Source: Candidatus Izemoplasmatales bacterium
Lineage (GTDB): Bacteria; Bacillota_I; Bacilli_A; Izemoplasmatales; Hujiaoplasmataceae
Assembly (NCBI GenBank): GCA_050177605.1
Contig: JBFXGX010000011.1
Location: 1-55,976 of the forward strand
Reading direction: 5' to 3'
Length of the DNA stretch: 55,976 nt
How positions within the stretch are numbered: position 1 is the first letter of the stretch; the number at the start of each line of letters is the position of its first letter. Position numbers and translations under genes: made by a program. The notes below the pieces were generated by a model. It was given only the letters and a program-made list of their open reading frames with translations. It was not told where the DNA came from and ran no database searches. Shown here piece after piece: positions 39,940 through 47,582 of this stretch.

Positions 39940-40782
39940 ATGACATCAAAATCAATTCCTAGGTATCAAACTTCGAATAAGGCATTTTATTATGAAAACG
40001 TAAAAAATACCAATTCTGATGTTGGAGCACACCGACTTGAACAATATGCAATTTGTTATCTAGCTGAAGGGAAATTGAAAATTGAAACCAATCTTATTAT
40101 GCAGGAAGCAACAGCGCCAGCACTATTCGTGATTGCTCCTGATGTAATTAGAAAATTCATTGATACGAATCAAGAAGTCAATATGAAAGTCTTGTTTTTT
40201 AACAAAGAATTTTTCTTGCAAAATCAAATTGATGTTACATTTTTAAGTCAATACGATTTCTTTGAACAAAAAGATCGACATATCATCCCTCTCACAAATA
40301 AACAAAGCGTAAAAATGGAAAAGTATTATCAACTCATCGAAGAACAAATTGTTGAGGATTCAATCAATACTGGCGAGATTATCCGCTCATGGATATATAT
40401 ATTGCTCAATGAAATCGATGAAATAGTCAAATCTTCACTTCCAAAAATCAAACGTATTCTGACTCGAAATGAGCAGTTAGTTCTAGATTTCAAACTTCTT
40501 TCCTCTGCACATTTTAAAGAACATAAAGAATTATCCTTCTATGCAGAGAAACTCCATCTTTCAAAAAAGTATCTGTCCCAAGTGATTAAGGAAGAAACAG
40601 GAATGTCCGCATCAGAATGGATTAAAGAATTAGTTTTTTTGGAAGCGAAAGTTTTATTAAAAGATAGTAAATTGTCAATTGCAGAAATCTCGGACTACTT
40701 AAAATTTTCTGATCAATCGCATTTTGGTAAATTTTTTAAAGTACGTTCAGGTAGTAACCCTTTACATTATAAAAACAGTTAG
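39940..40782 (+). CDS. AraC family regulator
   Basis: FYAEKLHLSKKYLS..IK..TG, SIAEISDYLKFSDQSHFGKFFK..G..P..Y. Confidence 0.93.
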   Translation: MTSKSIPRYQTSNKAFYYENVKNTNSDVGAHRLEQYAICYLAEGKLKIETNLIMQEATAPALFVIAPDVIRKFIDTNQEVNMKVLFFNKEFFLQNQIDVTFLSQYDFFEQKDRHIIPLTNKQSVKMEKYYQLIEEQIVEDSINTGEIIRSWIYILLNEIDEIVKSSLPKIKRILTRNEQLVLDFKLLSSAHFKEHKELSFYAEKLHLSKKYLSQVIKEETGMSASEWIKELVFLEAKVLLKDSKLSIAEISDYLKFSDQSHFGKFFKVRSGSNPLHYKNS

Positions 40783-40896
40783 GATACGACCTTTTTACCA
40801 ATTTTGACTCCATTTATACCTATTAAAAAATAATTATTATGATAAGATAATAGTGGTTAGTATTCTTACTAACAAAAACAATTTTTGGAGGCAATT

Positions 40897-41502
40897 ATGG
40901 CAAAAGTATTATATATCAAAGCAGATGCGAAATTTGATCAAGATTCTAGAACATTCAAAATTTCAGATGCATTCATCAACGAGTACAAACTATCTAATCC
41001 TAATGATGAAATCATTATGTTGGATTTATATGAAGAAAATATTGGTTTCTTACCAAAAGGACAATTAGGGGAATTACATACACCAACACCTGGTGCTGGT
41101 AAAGACCATCCAATTCTTAAATATGCATATCAATTCAAAGAAGCAGATAAATATGTTATTGCTGCACCATTTTGGAACTTAAGTTTCCCAGCAATCTTAA
41201 AAGCTTACATTGATTACATTACTGTATCTGGAATTACATTTGCATATACAGCTCAAGGACCTGTAGGTTTAATCAATGGCGATAAGGCGGTTTATTTTGT
41301 TTCTCGTGGTGGAAATTATCTTGCAGAACCATTCTCTAATTTAGAAATGGGAGAACGTTACTTAAATGTTCTATTACGTTTCTTAGGAGTGAAAGAATTC
41401 AATACAATCAGTGCTGATGGTTTAGATATTATTGGAGTAGATGTAGAAGGAATCATGTCTGAAGCGATTCAAAAAGCAAAAGATTTAGCTAAAAAATTCT
41501 AG
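40897..41502 (+). CDS. azoR: FMN-dependent NADH-azoreductase
   Basis: KVLYIKA, SRT, APFWNLSFPAILKAYID, TFAYTAQGPVGL, SRGG.Y; ATG 40897 after GGAGG. Confidence 0.9.
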   Translation: MAKVLYIKADAKFDQDSRTFKISDAFINEYKLSNPNDEIIMLDLYEENIGFLPKGQLGELHTPTPGAGKDHPILKYAYQFKEADKYVIAAPFWNLSFPAILKAYIDYITVSGITFAYTAQGPVGLINGDKAVYFVSRGGNYLAEPFSNLEMGERYLNVLLRFLGVKEFNTISADGLDIIGVDVEGIMSEAIQKAKDLAKKF

Positions 41503-41656
41503 AAGTTTTTCTAAATTGATATAAAAAATCAAACTAATGTTTTCTTAGTTTGTTTTTTTTAATATACTATATAAAACCTAGGCAATAACTTTGACTATAT
41601 ATATTATTTAATGTAGAATGTAGATAATATATTTAGAAAAGTAAAAGGAGAGTATT

Positions 41657-42070
41657 ATGAATAGCTTAGAACAGTACTTAAAAGAGGCAAAAGTCTTTTA
41701 TTTAGCGACAATGAGAGAAACTGGGCCGTCAAATCGTCCTATTGGTGGAAAACCTGGTTTTGAGGGTGATGGATTTTTGAAATATGAAGGGAAATATTAT
41801 TTCTATACTGATAATAGAAAGTTAATGTATAAGGAACTTTCTAACAATCCTAACATTGCGATGACTTTTATGGTTTCAGGTGGATATGTACGAGTATTTG
41901 CAGCTGTAGAGTTTATCGATAACGTAGAACTTAAGGAACAATTTTTAAACGAAAATCCCGTTTTAAAACAAATATACAAAGCTGATGATCAGTTCTTTGA
42001 ATTATATTACCTAAATGAAGTTAATGCATTACTCTATGCGCCAATGAAAGAACCTATGAAATTAGAATAA
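41657..42070 (+). CDS. Pyridoxamine 5'-phosphate oxidase family protein
   Basis: FYLAT....P..RP, YFYT...K.MYKEL..NPNI; terminator at 42074-42107. Confidence 0.82.
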   Translation: MNSLEQYLKEAKVFYLATMRETGPSNRPIGGKPGFEGDGFLKYEGKYYFYTDNRKLMYKELSNNPNIAMTFMVSGGYVRVFAAVEFIDNVELKEQFLNENPVLKQIYKADDQFFELYYLNEVNALLYAPMKEPMKLE

Positions 42071-42139
42071 TTGAAAAGATCACCTATTATTCAGGTGATC
42101 TTTTTTTAATCCGCATCGTAAAGCGTAAAAGAATTTATA

Positions 42140-42853
42140 TCAATTATTTGTGATATATCTCCATTTATCTGAATTAAGACTATTTTTTCTAATAATCTCC
42201 CTTATCCTAATTAAACACTCTCTTGGTTTTTGATAATCTATTTTTAGAAAATTATGCTCAATCCACTGTTGCGCCCGGTTTTTGGAGATAAATCCACTTT
42301 CTAGATAGGTGTATAGAGAACGAGCTGCTGTAATTAAGGCGTATTTTTTAAAACCTTCATCACTTAACAATAACTCATTATTTAAAAATCCCTCTATTTG
42401 CATACAAATCTGATTTCTAATTTCAATCCAATCAAAATGAAGTAGCTTAGATATTGTATTCGTCATGAAAAGAGACAAATAACTATCCAAAATCATTGCA
42501 ACTTCAATATCGTTAAATCCTGTTTCAGTTAACTGCTTCCATCCTTTAACGTTTGTACCTACATAATATCCATTTACAAAACGATTATTATCTATTGCTA
42601 TATATCTTCCTTCTAGTAAAGATAATAAATTTCTTGTCATTCTATATTCAGCATGCAATTCTTTGATTTTTACTATATCTACCTCTGTGAGTTCTTCATT
42701 TAAAAAAACGATGAAATCAATATCACTTTTCTTCGAATTAAATCCTCCGCGAATTACTGACCCGTATATAACTATATCTATTATTTTTCTATCAAAACGT
42801 TCTTTCAAATCTTTTTGAAACTTATCCAAAGTTTTCTTTATCGCTAAGTTCAA
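42140..42853 (-). CDS. Pol-beta superfamily nucleotidyltransferase, AadA/ANT(3'')-like
   Basis: IYGSVIRGGFNSKKSDIDF; LITAARSLYT...ISKNRAQQW resembles the DUF4111 C-domain; TTG start. Confidence 0.72.
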   Translation of the reverse strand: MNLAIKKTLDKFQKDLKERFDRKIIDIVIYGSVIRGGFNSKKSDIDFIVFLNEELTEVDIVKIKELHAEYRMTRNLLSLLEGRYIAIDNNRFVNGYYVGTNVKGWKQLTETGFNDIEVAMILDSYLSLFMTNTISKLLHFDWIEIRNQICMQIEGFLNNELLLSDEGFKKYALITAARSLYTYLESGFISKNRAQQWIEHNFLKIDYQKPRECLIRIREIIRKNSLNSDKWRYITNN

Positions 42854-42955
42854 AATGTCACCTTTTTCTATATTATACTCACATTATTTAATGATATACA
42901 AATCTCATTGGTATGTTATTGATATCATAAGTTACAGCTATTTGTGATAAGGCTC
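42144..42955 (-). mobile_element. Small cassette integrated at the rlmH 3' end, bounded by SCC-type att-like direct repeats
   Basis: rlmH end GAGCCTTATCACAAATAG (42955-42938) recurs as GAGATATATCACAAATAA (42161-42144), 14/18 identical and 794 bp apart; the distal site has GATA-N4-GA-N4-TATC symmetry. No recombinase in the window. Confidence 0.6.
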
Positions 42956-43417
42956 ATTATTATTAATTCTAAATGCACGATAGATTTGTTCTAGGAGAAT
43001 AACTTTCATTAATTGATGAGGAAAGGTCATAGTCGAAAATGACAATTTATAATTGGACCTGTTTGAAACATCCTTTGATAGTCCTAAGGATCCTCCTATA
43101 ACAAAAACAATCGAAGAAGAGTGATAGTTGGTTATCCGAATGATCTCTGATGCAAAATCTTCGGAAGACTTCATCTGTCCTTCTATTTCTAAGGTAATCA
43201 CATAACTATCTTTTGGTAGTTTTTCAATAATACGTTCGCCTTCGAGTTGCTTTACTACCTCAAGTTCTTTATCACTACTATTTTCTTTCGTTGGCTCATC
43301 TTTTACTTCAACAAAATCAAGACTAACATATTTTGATAATCTCTTGCTGTATTCAGAAATTGCATCCACAAAGTATTTCTCTTTAATCTTACCGACACTA
43401 ATAATTGTTATTTTCAT
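42938..43417 (-). CDS. rlmH: 23S rRNA m3Psi1915 methyltransferase
   Basis: MKITIISVGKIKEKY, EYSKRL, FVIGGSLG, LSFSTMTFPHQL, EQIYRA...PYHK. Confidence 0.97.
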   Translation of the reverse strand: MKITIISVGKIKEKYFVDAISEYSKRLSKYVSLDFVEVKDEPTKENSSDKELEVVKQLEGERIIEKLPKDSYVITLEIEGQMKSSEDFASEIIRITNYHSSSIVFVIGGSLGLSKDVSNRSNYKLSFSTMTFPHQLMKVILLEQIYRAFRINNNEPYHK

Positions 43418-43602
43418 ATCCATATCACCACTAGTATTATAACTAAACAAGATTAAAAATCAAATACACTGTTGATAAATATCCTTGAACGATCGTCTTC
43501 ATTAGAACAACTTTAGATGTCTTTTTCCGTGTCCTTGACATGAGGTACACATTATTGGCTTGGAAGTGACTTTTTTTGTTTTATGACTTATGAGAATAGA
43601 TG

Positions 43603-44289
43603 TCAGTGATTAGAATTACTCTTTTTTAAATGTCCATCATAGCATAAGGTCTTCACTTTTGGATAAGAATAGCCACACTCGTTTTTGAATTCAATAATTG
43701 TTATCTCTGCGTGGCCAAGATTAAAATGAGTGCAAAAGTGAGGATATGGAATACCAAGGACAAGAGAAAGAAATGCCAGACCAAAACCTTGATGAGCAAA
43801 CATTACGATTTTATCATCCGTTTCTTGAATAATCTTGTATTTTCCATTTCCTAGATGTTGATATCCAAGGGAATCAAAAAAATGATCGCTTTCAGTTTGA
43901 ATTCTTTTTATTTCTTCTTCATAGGATTTATTTACAAAAGTTGGATGTTTATACCATTCGTATCCGAGATCAATCATTTCTTTGCTATGAAATAACTCTT
44001 TGATTTCAGATAATTTAAATAACCATTCTTTCCCAGTTGGTGTTTCAAATGTCAACTTGTCCCAAACGTGGTACTCGCTTGCAAAATCCAAGGGCCATAT
44101 TTCTTTTCCTAGAATTTCCGCAGATGGTTTGGCTGTTAATATGGCGCGGTTTGAAGTAGAAGAATATAATTTGTCAGCACCATATTTGAGTAGGTATTTA
44201 GCAACATCTTCAGCTTGGTCTTTTCCTAAATCAGTAAGACTATCAGGATCATAAATAGGGTCTCCGTGTCTTATATATATAAAAATCAT
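43603..44289 (-). CDS. Histidine phosphatase family protein
   Basis: IRHGDP, LT..G..QA, SS...RA..TA, AHQG. Confidence 0.88.
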   Translation of the reverse strand: MIFIYIRHGDPIYDPDSLTDLGKDQAEDVAKYLLKYGADKLYSSTSNRAILTAKPSAEILGKEIWPLDFASEYHVWDKLTFETPTGKEWLFKLSEIKELFHSKEMIDLGYEWYKHPTFVNKSYEEEIKRIQTESDHFFDSLGYQHLGNGKYKIIQETDDKIVMFAHQGFGLAFLSLVLGIPYPHFCTHFNLGHAEITIIEFKNECGYSYPKVKTLCYDGHLKKSNSNH

Positions 44290-44307
44290 TATTTACTCCC
44301 TCGTCCA

Positions 44308-45123
44308 CTATTTTATGATTATTTTATTTACTTTTCCGATGAGTCCTGATGAGCAACAATATTCTGGTTTATTTGGGGCGATATAAGATAATATTGAGCC
44401 ATGAGTATGTCCGCATAGGATCGCTTTTATTTCAGAAGCATTTGTTATTAAGTTGATGAACTGACTTGTGGTTTCATCGCAATGACTGTATTTGATGGAG
44501 TAATAAGAATCAAGTTTTGATAAATCAGTTTCATTCAATTCAGTCATGATAGGAATATGCATTGCTAGAAGGATTGGCTTATTAGTTTCAATTAGATTCT
44601 TCAACGATTCGAGTTGTTGTTGACTGATTTTACCTAATGAGTTATCGATAGAAACAATGAAAAAATCATTTAAATCAATATAATTGAAATCAGTTTTTCC
44701 TTGGCATAGTTCTTGAAATTGATAGCTAGGAGATTCGTGGTTTCCAAGACTGTATAAAAAAGGACTCTGCAGATTGTTTAAAGCTTTGCTTAAATAAGCG
44801 TAGTTAGCTTCACTAAAATAGTCAACGATGTCTCCCGTCAGTAGAACAAGGTCAGGGTGTAATTCATTTGAAAAGTCTATTAACTGATCTAGACATTCAT
44901 TTGAGGGAAACAGGAATGAAGGATCAAAATTTTCGTTAAATTTGGTCGCAAAATCGACTCGTTGTTTCATCCATATCGATTCCTGGTTTTGGGCTTGTTG
45001 AATCGCTTCGTCTGAGTCCCAAAGACGATAGGTTACAAGATGAACATCACTGATTTGAATCAGGGTATACGTTTTTGTAAGGTGAAGATTTATTTCGATA
45101 ATATTTTCTTGGATAAAACTCAT
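44308..45123 (-). CDS. Calcineurin-like metallophosphoesterase (CpdA/Icc-like)
   Basis: SDVH, GDIVD, GNHE, MHIP, GHTH. Confidence 0.9.
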   Translation of the reverse strand: MSFIQENIIEINLHLTKTYTLIQISDVHLVTYRLWDSDEAIQQAQNQESIWMKQRVDFATKFNENFDPSFLFPSNECLDQLIDFSNELHPDLVLLTGDIVDYFSEANYAYLSKALNNLQSPFLYSLGNHESPSYQFQELCQGKTDFNYIDLNDFFIVSIDNSLGKISQQQLESLKNLIETNKPILLAMHIPIMTELNETDLSKLDSYYSIKYSHCDETTSQFINLITNASEIKAILCGHTHGSILSYIAPNKPEYCCSSGLIGKVNKIIIK

Positions 45124-45158
45124 AATCGACGCACCTAACTTTTGATTTGATTTAATTC

Positions 45159-46448
45159 TTATAAATAATTGTTTTTCGTGAATTCTAATAAATTATCATA
45201 TTGATTTTCAAGCTCTTCGCTCATCACCTTTGTTAATAAATCATTCAATATTTGTTTTATGATGGGGCCTTGTGGTATTCCAAGTTCAATAATATTTTTA
45301 CCGTTGATATTTAAGTCTTTAATCGAGAAACAAAGGGCGCTCATAATTACTTCATCAATAGTCTTTTTGACAGCCATCAAATCATCTATACGATAAATAT
45401 AGTCATGGCTTTGTGCTAAGATATCTGCTTGCTTTAAATCCAATAGTTCATTCAGATATTCACTACCGAATTTCGAGAGAAATTTACGCACATTTTTTTT
45501 GCTGTTGGAAAGTTGATAATCATGAAAACGGATTAAAAGCAAAACAGCGTCGATTTCTTTATTTGGGTACTTGAGTCTTAGCATTATTTTCTTTGCGATC
45601 TCTACGCTTTTTTCTTGATGACCATAAAAATGACCATTTCCTTCATTATCAACTGTATAAGTGGTTGGTTTGCCAATATCATGGAACAAAGCAGCTAGTC
45701 TCGTGATTTTGTCTCTTTTTACGCCATCCATAACTTTTAAAGTATGAATATAAACATCATAGATATGATAGTAGTTATTTTGATCAAAATGGACCATGGG
45801 ACTTAACTCTGGAATGATGGTCTCAAATATCTGAAGATATTTTAGAAAAGCATCTGAAGCATAGTTACAAACGATGATTTGATTGAGTTCTTCACGCAGT
45901 CTTTCTGGTGAGATGTCTACGAGTCTGTCTTTATAATCAAAAAATGTTTTTTCGCTTATTTTGTCAATTGAGAATCCATACTTATAAGCAAGACGAATTC
46001 CTCTCAAAATTCTTAAGGGATCGGTTTCAATTAGCGATGCATTATTTTCTGTTATTTTTATCACTTTATTTTCTAAATCGTTTATTCCGTTTGTGATATC
46101 AATCATTCCACTTCTTGGATGATATGCTAAGGAGTTAATCGTATAATCCCTCAATTTTAGATCATCTTCAATATTATTTTTTTCTCCTCGAAAAGAGGTG
46201 ATTTCGATATCCAGATTATTCTTATGGATTGTGATTGTATCATGTTTTAAACCTGTTTCAATGATTTTATAGTTTTTAAATATAATAAGCATTTCGTTAA
46301 CTGATGCACTAGTGGTTATATCATAATCTTTAGGTTCTATTCCAAGCAGATAGTCTCTACAAGCACCTCCGACTACATAGGCTACAAAATGAGCACTTTC
46401 AAGTAATGTTATAATTTCATATACGAGTTTTGGTAATTTCATCTTCAT
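45159..46448 (-). CDS. Class II tRNA nucleotidyltransferase with HD domain; flexible loop deleted (predicted CC-adding type)
   Basis: VGGACRD..LG..PKDYDITT, EITSFRGE-KNNI-EDDLKLRDYTIN, TDPLRILRG, SPERLREE, HIYDVYIHT, FHDIGKP, FYGH; ATG 46448 overlaps the upstream gene. Confidence 0.88.
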   Translation of the reverse strand: MKMKLPKLVYEIITLLESAHFVAYVVGGACRDYLLGIEPKDYDITTSASVNEMLIIFKNYKIIETGLKHDTITIHKNNLDIEITSFRGEKNNIEDDLKLRDYTINSLAYHPRSGMIDITNGINDLENKVIKITENNASLIETDPLRILRGIRLAYKYGFSIDKISEKTFFDYKDRLVDISPERLREELNQIIVCNYASDAFLKYLQIFETIIPELSPMVHFDQNNYYHIYDVYIHTLKVMDGVKRDKITRLAALFHDIGKPTTYTVDNEGNGHFYGHQEKSVEIAKKIMLRLKYPNKEIDAVLLLIRFHDYQLSNSKKNVRKFLSKFGSEYLNELLDLKQADILAQSHDYIYRIDDLMAVKKTIDEVIMSALCFSIKDLNINGKNIIELGIPQGPIIKQILNDLLTKVMSEELENQYDNLLEFTKNNYL

Positions 46449-47205
46449 ACCATTCAACCCCCTTAAAAAGAAAATCATTAAGCATATCAAATTGATTCTC
46501 TTTATCAATGAGTGTAGCTAATCTTTTAGGAAGTTCATCTAATGATTTGAGAATATAATCTTCAATTCCTTGTTCTAGCGGGACATTTTTTAAGGTAGTG
46601 GAATTGCGTTTTTGGTTAAGTAGGTGATCAATAGGCACCATAGCTAGATCATTAGGGTATATCGATAAAAGTTGTTCGAATTTCATAGGCGGATTCTCAT
46701 TATAGTCTAATACATATTTGCAGGAAAAAATTTCCCTCAGAACATATAAATACCATTTAATTCGGACGATATCTTTTGATTCTATATGTTTTTTGTAATG
46801 CGTTAAAAAAACATTAAAGTAATGAAATGCCATTGTTTTTTGGTCATAAAATTCTCTTGATAGAAGTTTGAGTTTATCAAAATATTCAGTTTGATAATAA
46901 ACAATTGGGGAACTAAACCATTCAAAAAGAGCTGGATTTGATTTTTTTAATAGGATAAGAGTTTTTTTTATGTCCCATCCGGAAATATCTAAATTTTCCA
47001 TGATAGCATATTCTAGAACATCGGAAGGTGAATCAATTCTCAGGTAGTCCTTCATTCTTCGAATGTAGATAAAACGAACATCGTAATCACTATCTGGTGA
47101 ATCAAATCCCCAGGCTCTACTGCCAGATTCGACTGCAAAAAGAATTTTTATTTTTTCTTTGGATTCTATTTCTTTAATCTTGTTTAAAATTGTTTCTTTC
47201 ATCAT
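46417..47205 (-). CDS. RlaP/YcgL-family Pol-beta nucleotidyltransferase
   Basis: AVESGSRAWGFDSPDSDYDVRFIY, DISGWDIKK, KSNPALFEWFSSPIVY, K.YLYVLR. Confidence 0.9.
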   Translation of the reverse strand: MMKETILNKIKEIESKEKIKILFAVESGSRAWGFDSPDSDYDVRFIYIRRMKDYLRIDSPSDVLEYAIMENLDISGWDIKKTLILLKKSNPALFEWFSSPIVYYQTEYFDKLKLLSREFYDQKTMAFHYFNVFLTHYKKHIESKDIVRIKWYLYVLREIFSCKYVLDYNENPPMKFEQLLSIYPNDLAMVPIDHLLNQKRNSTTLKNVPLEQGIEDYILKSLDELPKRLATLIDKENQFDMLNDFLFKGVEWYEDEITKTRI

Positions 47206-47582
47206 TCACCTATTCGATATCGTAACTAGCCCAAGCAATATCTTATTTTATTTGATTTATTAGCTCTATTGAATCAATTAGGCTTTTAAACTGAATATAA
47301 TAATTTTTATTATTATCTTCGCTAGAACTGATTGTTAAACACTATAAATCATTTATTTTCATATCAACTATTATAACTGAACAAACACAAAAAAATATAC
47401 ATTATTGTTAAATTGACTTGAACATCACTTTTTGTTAAAAAAAAATTATCATTTGCGTAATATTATTATAGTTTTATTGTGAATCTTTGATTTGTTTTAC
47501 ATTTTATGTATTTTTTTCTGATTAGGAATATGATATAATCATTTAACCACGATTTTTACAAAGAACACAAGAAGGAGAATAT

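Noticed and set aside
43502..43552. 16-aa minus-strand ORF MCTSCQGHGKRHLKLF and a small hairpin upstream of rlmH
   Set aside because: No RBS, too short to support, and rlmH has its own promoter downstream of it.
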